From the NCBI GenBank assembly GCA_029548565.1, contig JAKPNF010000036.1:1-60136 (forward strand): a stretch of DNA of 60,136 nucleotides, read 5' to 3'. Every line of letters begins with the position of its first letter. Within the stretch, counting starts at the first letter, position 1. Of this stretch, positions 9,281 to 19,197 are shown piece after piece. The position numbers and the translations under genes are program-made. The stretch is from Verrucomicrobiota bacterium. Lineage in GTDB: Bacteria; Verrucomicrobiota; Verrucomicrobiia; Opitutales; JAKPNF01. A model generated the notes under the pieces. That model did no database searches. It was given only the letters and a program-made list of their open reading frames with translations, and was not told the DNA's origin.

Positions 9281-10111
9281 TTACTCCTGCGCGCTGATCA
9301 GTTGGTTTTGCTCGATGCCGTTGTCCTCGATGATCTGGCCTATGGAATGAGCGCCCAAAATGCTGGTGATTTTCACCTTACCCACCGGCACGCGCTGGGG
9401 GCGGCCGGGTTTGCCGCTCTCGGGGTCGGCCACGGCCTCGCCTTGGGCGTAGACAATCCAGATCTGCCCGCGCGAAATATTGGAGGAGCGCCCGCGGTCG
9501 ATGGTAACTTGCTTGCCGGACTTGGCCAGCACGATCGCCGGGTAGACGCTCTCGGCCGCCTTGTGGGCGATCACCTTGCCCAGCGCGATCGCCACTTTGG
9601 AGGCCAAAATGGCGTCTTGCGCGTTGGTCTGGCTGTTGTCATGGGCGAAAGTGTCGGCCGCCTCGTCGATGTCCAGCGAGGTGCCGATCAGCTTGTTGGT
9701 CTGCGTCTCGTAAATTTTCGCGTGCACGCCCGCGCGCACTGAGCGTTTGGAACGCGGGCCTTCCATAGTGTTGTCGTCAAAGCCAAAGGTGACGATGTCG
9801 GAGAAGGCGGCAAAGTCGTCGATGCTCAGGACAACCTTGTACTTCGCGCCCGCGCGCCGTTCGCTGTCGGCCTTGTTGGCCGGCGCGTCGAACACGTTGA
9901 ATTTGCGCTGGCGCACAAGCGCTTCCACCATGCGCTGGTGCAGTTGGGGGACAAAGGCCTCCAGCGCGTGCAACACGCCGCGGCGCTCGGCGCTGTCCAC
10001 CAGGGTTTGGGGCACTTCCACTTCCTCCACATAAATGCTATGGCGCTGCTGCTGGGCGGCGAGCGCCGCGCAGCACAACCATGCAAAGGCAATTAGGCGA
10101 AAAAAGTTCAT
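9281..10111 (-). CDS. secreted protein of unknown function (possibly CsgG/LpoB-like periplasmic fold)
   Basis: ATG 10111 gives the signal peptide MNFFRLIAFAWLCCAALAAQQQ. I recognise no catalytic motif, and the fold suggestion is only a weak impression. Confidence 0.5.
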   Translation of the reverse strand: MNFFRLIAFAWLCCAALAAQQQRHSIYVEEVEVPQTLVDSAERRGVLHALEAFVPQLHQRMVEALVRQRKFNVFDAPANKADSERRAGAKYKVVLSIDDFAAFSDIVTFGFDDNTMEGPRSKRSVRAGVHAKIYETQTNKLIGTSLDIDEAADTFAHDNSQTNAQDAILASKVAIALGKVIAHKAAESVYPAIVLAKSGKQVTIDRGRSSNISRGQIWIVYAQGEAVADPESGKPGRPQRVPVGKVKITSILGAHSIGQIIEDNGIEQNQLISAQE

Positions 10112-10293
10112 GCAAGTGCTTTGCCACAATGGCAAATTCCCGGCGCTTTCAGATAACTTTCAGTATCTAACAAAGACAATAAAAACAAGTTGGTTATTCG
10201 GCAATCCATTAAGACAGGCAAATCATAGACAGGAATTTTTGTCCAATGTTCCTTGCCTTGTGAGGGAATTTTTCAATAGGCTGAGCCATTGGC

Positions 10294-11214
10294 ATGAAGC
10301 CGCAGGCACACATCGGACACCTTTTTTATAGAGTATCTTGGAATGATCTGGATACGAATTATTTGCGCCGCCTCATAGAAACGGCGCGCGCCGAAGATAT
10401 CGAAGGGGCGGGGTTGAAAAAAAATTCGCGCACGGGCGACGTGACCACATTGGCATTGCAGGCCGAGGGTAACGCCGCCGCCGATTTGGTGGCACGCAAA
10501 CCCATGAACGTTTGCGGACTGAACCTCGTGCCGTTGGTGTTGGAAGTGTACGGCGGCGGGGCGTTCGAGCCTTTTGCCAAGGACGGCCAGCGCGTCGAAG
10601 CAGGCGCGCAGCTTGGCCGCATCACAGGCGACCTGAAAATAATGCTGCAAGCCGAGCGCGTGTTGTTGAATTTTCTGCAACGCCTAAGCGGGGTGGCCAC
10701 TTTCACGGCGGCGCACGTGGCGGCTCTCGGTGAGAGCCCGACAAAATTGTTGGACACCCGCAAGACGACGCCCGGTTTGCGCGCGCTGGAAAAATACGCG
10801 GTGGCCTGCGGCGGCGCGCACAACCACCGCATGGGGCTGTTCGACCGCGTGATGCTCAAGGACAACCATCTGGCCGGCGCCCAGGCCAGCGCGGGCGAAC
10901 GCCTGGCGCAAGCCGTGCGCGACCAGCGCGAAAAAAACCCGGACTTGGCGATAGAAGTGGAAATCGATTCACTCACTCAAATCCCGCCCGTTCTGAGCGC
11001 CGCGCCGGATGTGATCATGCTGGATAATTTTTCAATTCAAGACATTAAACAAGCCGTAGCGTTTATAGGCGACAAGGCATGGACGGAAGTATCCGGAACC
11101 GTGACCTTGGAGACGCTGCCGAGCTTGGCGCACCTAGGAGTGGATTTTATTTCCAGCGGGGCGATCATCCACCAAGCGCCATGGATAGACATCGCCCTGG
11201 ATTGGAAAGAGTGA
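10294..11214 (+). CDS. nadC: nicotinate-nucleotide diphosphorylase (carboxylating) / quinolinate phosphoribosyltransferase
   Basis: 306 aa. ERVLLNFLQRLSGVATFT, LLDTRKTTPGLRALEKYAVACGGAHNHRMGLFD and VMLKDNH are NadC hallmark blocks. Confidence 0.9.
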   Translation: MKPQAHIGHLFYRVSWNDLDTNYLRRLIETARAEDIEGAGLKKNSRTGDVTTLALQAEGNAAADLVARKPMNVCGLNLVPLVLEVYGGGAFEPFAKDGQRVEAGAQLGRITGDLKIMLQAERVLLNFLQRLSGVATFTAAHVAALGESPTKLLDTRKTTPGLRALEKYAVACGGAHNHRMGLFDRVMLKDNHLAGAQASAGERLAQAVRDQREKNPDLAIEVEIDSLTQIPPVLSAAPDVIMLDNFSIQDIKQAVAFIGDKAWTEVSGTVTLETLPSLAHLGVDFISSGAIIHQAPWIDIALDWKE

Positions 11215-11388
11215 AAAAAACGGCGCCGCATGCAACGCAGCCTCATAAAGGGGTGTTTCTTATTTGAAAGGTTTTTTCCTCGATCGTGGAACACTCTCAT
11301 GATCCGTTTAAACGATTGAAAGGCGCATGGCGCGCTGTTTTAATAAGAGACAGTTTTTAAAAATTTCATTTCGACTGATTTTTATATT

Positions 11389-12663
11389 ATGAAAAAGCTC
11401 ATTCTTATTTTGTCGGCGGCTTTGGCCGTGTTTGTTCTGCCCCTGGCTGCGGCCCAGCCGTTGGTCAAGTCGGGCGACTTGGTGGTCGTGGCGGGTGATT
11501 CTATCACGGAGCAAAAGCAGTATTCGGTGTTTATCGAGGACTATATTCTCATGTGCGCGCGCGTGCCCGAGGCGCGTGTCATCCAGTTTGGCTGGAGCGG
11601 CGACAAGATTGACGGGTTTCGCGATCGCCAGATGCCGTCTTTGAAACTTTTCAAGCCGCAGGTGGTCACCACGCTGTTTGGCATGAACGACGGGCGCTAT
11701 GAAAAACTGCGCCAAGGCACGATCGACCTTTACCGCAAGGCCACCGCCGACGTGGTGCGTGAGCTGAAGAAGGACGGCGAGCGCGAGATTTTCGTGGGCA
11801 CTCCCGGCATCGTGGGGCGCGACGAATACCGCAAGCCCGCCTCCAACGCCACGGTGTACAACAAGTCGTTGTACCAGCTCGGCCAGTTGGGCAAGGAAGT
11901 TGCCGAACAGGAGGGCGTGCACTGGGTGGACGTGCACAGCGTGATGGCCGACGTGGAGGCCAAGGCCAAGGAAAAATACGGCGACAAGTACCACTTGGCC
12001 GGCAGCGACGGGATTCACCCGGGCGCCAACGGGCATCTGGTGATGGCCTACGCGTTTTTGAAGGCCATGGGCTTTGACGGGCATATCGGCACCATCACCG
12101 TCGATATGCGCGCGGGCAAGGCCGAGGCCACCGAAGGCCACGAAGTGCTCGGCGTGAAAAACGGCGCGGTCGAAGTGCGTTCCGAGCGTTATCCCTTCTG
12201 TTTTTACGGCGACGAAACCAGCCCCGCCAGCCCGAAGGGTGTCTTGGACTTGCTGCCCTTTAACGAGGATCTTAACCGCTTCATGCTCGTCGTCAAAAAC
12301 GCCCCGAGCCAAAAGGTGCGCGTGACGTGGGGCGACTCCAGCGCGGAATTCACCGCCAAGGAACTGGCCGAGGGCGTCAACCTCGCGGCCGCCTTCGTGG
12401 ACAAAAATCCTTTCAGCACGCCCTTTTTAAAGGTGCACGACAAGGCGCGCGCCCAGCAAAATTACGAGACGCCCGCCGTCAAGGTGCTGCTGCAGTCGTT
12501 TGTGGAATTTGGAAAATTGCTGCCGGAAGTGGCCACGGCGGAATCGGCCACGTTTGAACGCCTGGGCAAACGCATCGTCGAGCGCGCCTTTGAACTGTGC
12601 GACGAAACCGGCGCGGCGATCGAGCCTGTGACGCACGCGATCAAACTCGAGCCGGTGCGCTGA
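11389..12663 (+). CDS. secreted SGNH/GDSL-family hydrolase with a C-terminal extension
   Basis: Signal peptide MKKLILILSAALAVFVLPLAAA. SGNH blocks are VVVAGDSITEQ (block I), GMNDG (block III) and DGIHP (block V). Confidence 0.75.
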   Translation: MKKLILILSAALAVFVLPLAAAQPLVKSGDLVVVAGDSITEQKQYSVFIEDYILMCARVPEARVIQFGWSGDKIDGFRDRQMPSLKLFKPQVVTTLFGMNDGRYEKLRQGTIDLYRKATADVVRELKKDGEREIFVGTPGIVGRDEYRKPASNATVYNKSLYQLGQLGKEVAEQEGVHWVDVHSVMADVEAKAKEKYGDKYHLAGSDGIHPGANGHLVMAYAFLKAMGFDGHIGTITVDMRAGKAEATEGHEVLGVKNGAVEVRSERYPFCFYGDETSPASPKGVLDLLPFNEDLNRFMLVVKNAPSQKVRVTWGDSSAEFTAKELAEGVNLAAAFVDKNPFSTPFLKVHDKARAQQNYETPAVKVLLQSFVEFGKLLPEVATAESATFERLGKRIVERAFELCDETGAAIEPVTHAIKLEPVR

Positions 12664-12674
12664 GCATTTTTTAT

Positions 12675-13610
12675 ATGAGCGAAACAACTCCCATCAAATG
12701 CGGGGTGGCCGGGGTAGGGTACCTTGGCCAGCACCACGCGCGCATTTACAGCGCCCTGGAACAGTGCGAGCTGGCCGGCGTGTACGACGCCAATGAGGCT
12801 CGCGCCGCGGAAATCGCCGCGCAGTACAACTGCCCGGTGTTCCCGACCTTGCAGGCCCTCGGCGAGGCGTGCGAGGCCGTCAGCGTGGCCGTGCCCACCG
12901 ACAAGCACTGCGAGGTGGCGATACCGCTATTGCAAGGCGGCTGCCACCTGCTCATCGAAAAGCCCTTGTGCGTGACGATGCAAGAGGCCGAGCAAATCCT
13001 TTCGCTGGCGCAAGAGCGCGGCCGCTTTGTGCAGGTGGGGCACATCGAGCATTACAACCCGGTGATGAGCTTTTTGGAAAAACAGGTGCACGCCCCGCGT
13101 TACATCACGGCCGACCGGCTCGCGCCCTTCAACCCGCGCGGCATGGAGGTGGGCGTTGTATTGGATTTAATGATACACGACCTCGGCGTCATCCTGCAAT
13201 TGGTGGACTCCCCGGTCAAGGCCGTGGAAAGCGTGGGCGTCAATGTCATCTCGCAGCGCGAGGACATCGCCAACGCGCGCATCACCTTTGAAAACGGCTG
13301 CGTGGCCAACATCAACACCTCGCGCGTCAGCCAAAAGAAAGTGCGCGAGATCCGCGTTTTCCAGCCCAACGCCTACCTCTCGCTGGACTTCATGAACCAA
13401 AGCGGACACATCCTCAAAAAGACGGGCCCCATGGATATTTCCAAAGAAGAAATCCCCATCGAGAAGGCCGAGCCACTGATGGTCGAGCTGGCCTCCTTCG
13501 CCGAATGCGTGCGCAAGCGCCAGCAGCCCAAAGTCGGCGGCACGCTAGGCAAGACCGCGCTGGAGCTGGCGCTGCAAATCACCGACCAGATAGCCAAGGG
13601 GAGCTTGTGA
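12675..13610 (+). CDS. Gfo/Idh/MocA-family NAD(P)-dependent oxidoreductase
   Basis: ATG 12675 gives MSETTPIKCGVAGVGYLGQHHARIY, an N-terminal Rossmann GxGxxG motif. LLIEKPL is the family EKP motif. The upstream 78 nt of ORF 12597 overlap the preceding gene. Confidence 0.8.
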   Translation: MSETTPIKCGVAGVGYLGQHHARIYSALEQCELAGVYDANEARAAEIAAQYNCPVFPTLQALGEACEAVSVAVPTDKHCEVAIPLLQGGCHLLIEKPLCVTMQEAEQILSLAQERGRFVQVGHIEHYNPVMSFLEKQVHAPRYITADRLAPFNPRGMEVGVVLDLMIHDLGVILQLVDSPVKAVESVGVNVISQREDIANARITFENGCVANINTSRVSQKKVREIRVFQPNAYLSLDFMNQSGHILKKTGPMDISKEEIPIEKAEPLMVELASFAECVRKRQQPKVGGTLGKTALELALQITDQIAKGSL

Positions 13611-13611
13611 A

Positions 13612-13896
13612 TTGAAAACTGTTTGCGCGAGCCTGTGCGTGCTGGGCGCGGTCTTTTTGACAGGCTGCGCCAGCAACGAGGTGCGCGTGCGGGCGAAGGA
13701 CCTGCCACGGCTGGAGCAAAAGGCGCAGGAGGGCGACGGGCAGGCGGCCTACCGGCTGTATCAATATTATGAATACAAAGCGTACGACGCGCGGCAAGCC
13801 GCCCGCTGGCTCAAGCGCGCCGAACAGCTCGGCGCCAAAGAGGCGCGCCAGGCGCAGGACTACCGTTTTGAGTACCACGTCAAAAGCGATTTTTAA
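13612..13896 (+). CDS. small lipoprotein with a Sel1/TPR-like helical repeat
   Basis: A TTG start lies 1 nt after the preceding stop. There is a lipobox (VFLTGC) at the end of the signal peptide. AAYRLYQYYEY...ARQAARWLKRAEQLG resembles a Sel1 repeat. Confidence 0.55.
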   Translation: MKTVCASLCVLGAVFLTGCASNEVRVRAKDLPRLEQKAQEGDGQAAYRLYQYYEYKAYDARQAARWLKRAEQLGAKEARQAQDYRFEYHVKSDF

Positions 13897-13911
13897 CCTC
13901 ATAGGCGTTTC

Positions 13912-15102
13912 ATGCACCCCGAGCTGCAAAAAAAGGACTTTTCGCTGCCGTTGCCATCCGGGCGGCCGGACTTGCTCATCATCGCGGGCGAGCATTCCGG
14001 CGACGCGCACGCCGCCCGTATGGCGCGTGAGCTGCTTTCTAGCGGGAAAATGAAAAACATCTGCGCCTTGGGCGGTCACCAATTGCAAGGCGCGGGCGCG
14101 AATTTGCTGATGGACATGACGGCCTTTTCCGTTGTGGGATTCGTGGAGGTCGTCAAAAATTACGCCGCGTTCGCGCGCCTGTTTGCCGCGACCATAAAGT
14201 GGATCGAGCAGGCGCGTCCGCGCGCGGTGTGCTTTGTCGACTATCCGGGCTTCAACCTGCGCCTGGCCAAGGAACTGCTCAAGCGCGGCCTTTCCCAAAA
14301 AGGCGGCGACGACGTGGCGCTTTATTATTACATCAGCCCGCAAATTTGGGCGTGGAAGGCGCGCCGGCGCTTTGCGATGGCCACGACGCTCGACGCCCTC
14401 GGCGTCATTTTTCCCTTCGAGATTGAGTGCTACAAGGACACGGATTTGCCCGTGACGTTCGTCGGCCACCCCTTTGCCGAGGCCGACTTTTCCAACCCCG
14501 TGCGCTACGACGCGCAAGGAGACATCCTGCTGCTGCCCGGCAGCCGCCCGCAGGCGGTGGGCCGCATTTTCCCGCGTCTGCTAAACGGTTTTTCGCAGTG
14601 GCACAAAAACAACCCGCAGGCAAAGGCCAGCGTGCTTTATCCCAGCGAGTTTATTTTGGAGAAGCTAAAACAGATCGCAGCCCAGTTTCCGCAGCTCGAC
14701 GGCGCGCTCACTTTTGTCGACGCGCGCGGCGCGCAAAATATCCCCGCGCGCGCCGTGCTCATGAGCTCGGGCACGATGTCGCTTTGCTGCTGTCTGGCGG
14801 GTATCCCGGGCGCGATCGTCTACCATGCCCACCCGCTCACCTACGCGCTCGGGCGCATGATCGTGAGCATCCGTTATCTGGGCATCGCCAATTTGCTCTT
14901 AAACCGTCCCGCCTGGCCGGAATACCTGCAAGGCGACAGCGCCGCCCCCAAGCTCGCCCAAGCCCTCGACGACGCCCTGACCCCCGAGCGCGTCACCCAA
15001 GCCCGGGACGACGCGGCCACCCTGCGCCACATGCTCGGTCACGAAGACGGTACCCCCACGCCCGCTCGGTGGCTCGAGAATTTGATGGCGGCGGATCAGT
15101 AG
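13912..15102 (+). CDS. lpxB: lipid-A-disaccharide synthase
   Basis: 396 aa. LLIIAGEHSGDAHAARMAREL, VDYPGFNLRLAKEL and YYISPQIWAWKARR are LpxB signature blocks. Confidence 0.9.
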   Translation: MHPELQKKDFSLPLPSGRPDLLIIAGEHSGDAHAARMARELLSSGKMKNICALGGHQLQGAGANLLMDMTAFSVVGFVEVVKNYAAFARLFAATIKWIEQARPRAVCFVDYPGFNLRLAKELLKRGLSQKGGDDVALYYYISPQIWAWKARRRFAMATTLDALGVIFPFEIECYKDTDLPVTFVGHPFAEADFSNPVRYDAQGDILLLPGSRPQAVGRIFPRLLNGFSQWHKNNPQAKASVLYPSEFILEKLKQIAAQFPQLDGALTFVDARGAQNIPARAVLMSSGTMSLCCCLAGIPGAIVYHAHPLTYALGRMIVSIRYLGIANLLLNRPAWPEYLQGDSAAPKLAQALDDALTPERVTQARDDAATLRHMLGHEDGTPTPARWLENLMAADQ

Positions 15103-15218
15103 CCATGAAGATCGCCGCAGGCGGGATTTATGCGGGAGCGCCCTGCGAAAGTCACCGGCATGCGGCGCCGCACTGTGGCTAGTAGTAAAAAACGCTTTCC
15201 TACCTGTCGCAGCCTGTT

Positions 15219-15563
15219 ATGCTTTTGAAAGGCGCACACGCCTCTGGTATGAAGAACACCTTCAACTACAAAATGCTGCTGCTACTGCTGACGGGCTTGC
15301 TCGCCGTGGCGATGGGCGTGTTTGCGGTTGTGCTGGTGGACGCCTGGCGCGAGGTGCAGGCCATGCGCGGGCGCGAGCAAGCCTACGCCGCGCAGTTGAC
15401 GCAGGCCCGCGCCGAGATCGAGCGCAAGCAAAAGTATTTTGACCGCCTGATGAACGACCAGGAATTTTTTGAGCGCATCGTGCGCCAGCGCCTGGGTTAC
15501 TCGCGCCCCGACGAGATTATTTTCCGCTTTGAAAAGGACGACGACTCGTCCCGCGCCAACTGA
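15219..15563 (+). CDS. septum formation initiator (FtsB/DivIC-like) protein
   Basis: Single N-terminal TM helix (MLLLLLTGLLAVAMGVFAVVLV), a coiled-coil segment, then FFERIVRQRLGYSRPDEIIFRF, typical of this family. An alternative ATG lies at 15249. Confidence 0.65.
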   Translation: MLLKGAHASGMKNTFNYKMLLLLLTGLLAVAMGVFAVVLVDAWREVQAMRGREQAYAAQLTQARAEIERKQKYFDRLMNDQEFFERIVRQRLGYSRPDEIIFRFEKDDDSSRAN

Positions 15564-15573
15564 TTTTTTATAC

Positions 15574-17538
15574 ATGAGTTCGCTTGATCAAAACATACAG
15601 TCCGCCGTCAAACAGGGTCTTTTGCTCGATGAGTCCGCCCAGAATATAAAGGGCTGGTTCGAGGCCGGGTTTCTCCCGCAGTGGGCGGTCGACGCCCTCG
15701 ATGAGCTGGTTCAAAAACAGGCATGGGAGGAACTCAACGACCGCTTCTTCAAATCGCTGGCTTTTGGCACGGGAGGGATGCGCGGGCGCACGATCGGCAA
15801 GGTCAGCGCGCAGGCGGAACTGGGAAACGTTTCCGACATGGGCACGCCCGAACACGCGGCCGTCGGCACCAATTTGCTCAACGATTTTAACATCGCCCGC
15901 GCGACGATAGGGCTGTTTCGCTACACGCAGTCTTTTTTAAAAAAGGAAAACAGGACGGACGCCCCGCGTTTGGTGATCGCGCACGACATGCGGCACTTTT
16001 CGCGGCACTTTTGCGAGCTTGCCGCCTCCGCATGGACGCGTTTGGGCGGTCAGGCGCTCATCTTCGACGGTCCGCGCTCGACCCCACAACTCAGTTTTTC
16101 GGTGCGCCACTTTAAATGCCACGCGGGCGTCGTGATCACGGCCAGCCACAATCCCGCGCACGATAACGGTTTTAAGGCCTATTTCGAGGACGGCGCGCAG
16201 GTGGTTTTTCCGCATGCCGAGGGCATTATCGACGAGGTAAACGCGGTGCAACTGCGCGAGTTGCCGGAATTTTTGCAGGCCGATATTTCGAAGGTCGAGA
16301 CTATCGCCCGTGTCGATGAGAAGCCTTATCTGGACTGCGTGATTTCGTCCGTGATCGACGTGAAGACAATCGCGCGCGAGCAGCCGAAAATCGTTTACAC
16401 GCCCGTGCACGGCACCGGGCAGGTGATGGCGGTTCCGGCGTTGCGCGCGCTGGGATTGGAACCTGTGTTGGTGGAGTCCCAACTTGTGATGGATCCGCGT
16501 TTCCCGACGGTGAAATCCCCGAACCCCGAAAACGCCGAGACTTTTGCGCAGGCGGTGAAGATTGCCGAGAGCGCGGGCGCGGATGTTGCCATCGCCACCG
16601 ATCCCGACGACGACCGCGTGGGCATAGCGGTGCGCTCGCAAGACGGCGGCATGAAACTTTTGACCGGCAACATGACCGGCGCGATGCTTTTGGAAAACCG
16701 TCTACAACTGCTCAAGGAGAAGGGGATCATTCCGCGGGACGGCGGCGACAATGTCGCGGTGATAAAGACCTTTGTGACCACACCCTTGCAGGACGCCATC
16801 GCCCAGGCGCACGGCGTGAAGCTCATCAACACGCTGACCGGTTTCAAATGGATCGGCGAGAGGTTGCAAAAATACGAGGAAAAGCTCGAGGCCGCGCTAC
16901 AGGCGCAGGGCAAAACAATCGACTACGACACAACGCCCAACGCCGAGCGCACGCGGCTGTTGCTCGAGCACAGCACCTACTTCGCCTTTGGCGGGGAGGA
17001 GAGCTACGGTTATCTGGCCAGCGACCTGGTGCGTGACAAGGACGGCAACTCGGCGGTGTGCCTGGTGGCCGAGCTGGCCGCGCGGCTCAAGAAACAGGGG
17101 ATGTCCTTCGAGCAGTACCTCGACAACCTGTATCTGAAATATGGATACACACTCGAGGATCTTTTGAACATTTACTACGAGGGCGCCAGCGGCGCGGCCA
17201 AGATAAAGGCCATTCTGGATTCCTACCGTTCGAACCCGCCCGTGGAGATGGCGGGGCAAAAAATCATAAAATTCACGGATTTTGGCCGCGACACGATCAC
17301 GGACGCCGACGGCTACGAAATCCCGAAGGAGAATTTTTATTTCCTCGAACTGGCCAACGGCTGGAAGTACGCCGTACGCGGCTCGGGCACCGAGCCGAAG
17401 ATAAAATTCTACCTGTTCGCCCGCGCGGATGTCGCGCAGGCGCAGGCATTGCCCGCGCTCAAAAAAGAAATCCGCGCTCAACTCGACGCCTTTAAAAGCG
17501 AGATCGAAAAGGACGCCCACGCGCGCGCCCATGTTTAA
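15574..17538 (+). CDS. phospho-sugar mutase (phosphoglucomutase/phosphomannomutase family)
   Basis: The ATG at 15574 lies downstream of the FtsB-like stop. The active-site loop is TASHNPAHDNGFK and the Mg-binding block is ATDPDDDRVG. Confidence 0.85.
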   Translation: MSSLDQNIQSAVKQGLLLDESAQNIKGWFEAGFLPQWAVDALDELVQKQAWEELNDRFFKSLAFGTGGMRGRTIGKVSAQAELGNVSDMGTPEHAAVGTNLLNDFNIARATIGLFRYTQSFLKKENRTDAPRLVIAHDMRHFSRHFCELAASAWTRLGGQALIFDGPRSTPQLSFSVRHFKCHAGVVITASHNPAHDNGFKAYFEDGAQVVFPHAEGIIDEVNAVQLRELPEFLQADISKVETIARVDEKPYLDCVISSVIDVKTIAREQPKIVYTPVHGTGQVMAVPALRALGLEPVLVESQLVMDPRFPTVKSPNPENAETFAQAVKIAESAGADVAIATDPDDDRVGIAVRSQDGGMKLLTGNMTGAMLLENRLQLLKEKGIIPRDGGDNVAVIKTFVTTPLQDAIAQAHGVKLINTLTGFKWIGERLQKYEEKLEAALQAQGKTIDYDTTPNAERTRLLLEHSTYFAFGGEESYGYLASDLVRDKDGNSAVCLVAELAARLKKQGMSFEQYLDNLYLKYGYTLEDLLNIYYEGASGAAKIKAILDSYRSNPPVEMAGQKIIKFTDFGRDTITDADGYEIPKENFYFLELANGWKYAVRGSGTEPKIKFYLFARADVAQAQALPALKKEIRAQLDAFKSEIEKDAHARAHV

Positions 17539-17559
17539 CCCCAACCCCGCATCACACTC

Positions 17560-17775
17560 ATGAAACTCACACTTATTCTCTCCGCGTTTGTCTTGCTGCT
17601 GGCCGGCTGCGTCAATGACGAGGGCAAGGTCAAGGAAGGCCCGCTGACCAGCGTGGTCACCGGCGACTCGAAAAACGCGGGCGATTACATTGAGCGCGTG
17701 CGCGAAACCAACAAACAACAGCGCGAAAACAACGCCGACTGGATCACCGGCAACCCCGCCGACAAGCGGCTCTAA
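17560..17775 (+). CDS. small lipoprotein, unknown function
   Basis: 71 aa. MKLTLILSAFVLLLAGC is a signal peptide plus lipobox. The gene is tightly packed between the mutase gene and argH. Confidence 0.5.
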   Translation: MKLTLILSAFVLLLAGCVNDEGKVKEGPLTSVVTGDSKNAGDYIERVRETNKQQRENNADWITGNPADKRL

Positions 17776-17778
17776 ATC

Positions 17779-19197
17779 ATGGCGACTTCAAAAAAGAAAA
17801 CAGGCAAGCAGGCCACCTGGGGCGGGCGCTTCAAGGAGGGGCCTAGCGAATTGATGGGGCGTTTTTCCGAGTCGGTTTCTTTCGACAAAAAACTGGCGCC
17901 CTTTGACATCATCGGCAGCAAGGCGCACGCCGCGATGCTGGCGAAAGTGGGGCTTATCTCAAAGGCCGAACACGCCGCCATCCGCAAGGGGCTGGACGAA
18001 TTGGACAGGCAGATCGCCGCCGGAAAATTCACATGGGACACGGCGCTTGAGGATGTGCACATGAACATCGAGCAGGCGCTTTTGAAAAAGACGCCCGCCG
18101 CCGCCAAGCTGCACACCGCCCGTTCGCGCAACGACCAGGTGGCCACGGACGTGCGGCTATACCTGATCGACGCCTCGCGCCAGCTCATGCGCGCGTGCTC
18201 GTCGCTGCTGGCCGGGCTGGTTGTGTTTGCCGAGGAAAATCAGGATATTTTTATCCCCGGCTACACACACCTTCAGCGCGCCCAACCCGTGAGCGTGGCG
18301 CACCATGTGCTGGCGTGGGCGCAGATGATTTCGCGCGATTTGGAGCGCTTCGCAAAAGTGTACGCGAACTGTTTTGTCTCGCCGCTGGGTTCCGGCGCGA
18401 TCGCGGGCACGACGTTGCCGATTGACCGCGCAGCGAGCGCGCGCGAGATGGGTTTTGAGGACGCACACGGGCAGCCCCGCCTGACGGACAACTCGATGGA
18501 CGCCGTGGCCGACCGCGACCCGCACATCGAGTTCGCCTTCGCCTGCGCGCTGTGCGGACTGCACCTCTCGCGCATGGCCGAGGATGTCATTTTGTGGAAC
18601 TCCAGCGAGGTTGGTTTCATCCGCTTGCCGGACGCCTTCACCACCGGCTCTAGCCTCATGCCGCAGAAAAAAAACCCGGACTCGATGGAGCTTATCCGCG
18701 GAAAAAGCGCGCGTCTTTCCGGCAATCTCATGACGCTCATGATGATGGTCAAAGGCCTGCCGCTGACCTACAACCGCGACTTGCAGGAAGACAAGCCTCC
18801 CCTGTTCGACAGCCACGAACAACTGCTCATGTGCCTGGAAGTTATGCGCGAGACGCTCGTCGGCGCGACGATGAACCAAGAACGCACCGCGCAGGCCGTG
18901 GCCGACCCGCTCTTGCTGGCCACCGATTTGGCGGACTACCTCGTGCTCAAAGGCGTGCCGTTCAGACAAGCACACCACCAAGTCGGCGCGCTGGTGGCGC
19001 TCTCGGAAAAACTGAATCTTCCAATCGACAAACTTCCGCACAAAGACGCACTAAAATGCGCCCCCAAACTCGGCAAGGACTGGACGCAAGTTTTTAATTT
19101 AAAACGCGCATTAGCCGCCCGCGAAAACCCCGGCATGCCCGGCCCCAAGACCACAAAAAAAGCCATCGCCCACTGGAAAAAGCAACTGGGGCTTTAA
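17779..19197 (+). CDS. argH: argininosuccinate lyase
   Basis: 472 aa. It carries the fumarate-lyase signature [20 protein letters not shown] and the N-terminal WGGRF motif. Confidence 0.92.
   Translation: MATSKKKTGKQATWGGRFKEGPSELMGRFSESVSFDKKLAPFDIIGSKAHAAMLAKVGLISKAEHAAIRKGLDELDRQIAAGKFTWDTALEDVHMNIEQALLKKTPAAAKLHTARSRNDQVATDVRLYLIDASRQLMRACSSLLAGLVVFAEENQDIFIPGYTHLQRAQPVSVAHHVLAWAQMISRDLERFAKVYANCFVSPLGSGAIAGTTLPIDRAASAREMGFEDAHGQPRLTDNSMDAVADRDPHIEFAFACALCGLHLSRMAEDVILWNSSEVGFIRLPDAFTTGSSLMPQKKNPDSMELIRGKSARLSGNLMTLMMMVKGLPLTYNRDLQEDKPPLFDSHEQLLMCLEVMRETLVGATMNQERTAQAVADPLLLATDLADYLVLKGVPFRQAHHQVGALVALSEKLNLPIDKLPHKDALKCAPKLGKDWTQVFNLKRALAARENPGMPGPKTTKKAIAHWKKQLGL

Noticed and set aside
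17228-17237. gttcgaaccc, a T-arm-like string suggesting a tRNA.
   Set aside because: It lies inside the phosphohexomutase CDS with no acceptor or anticodon stem context. I saw no tRNA cloverleaf anywhere in the intergenic regions.
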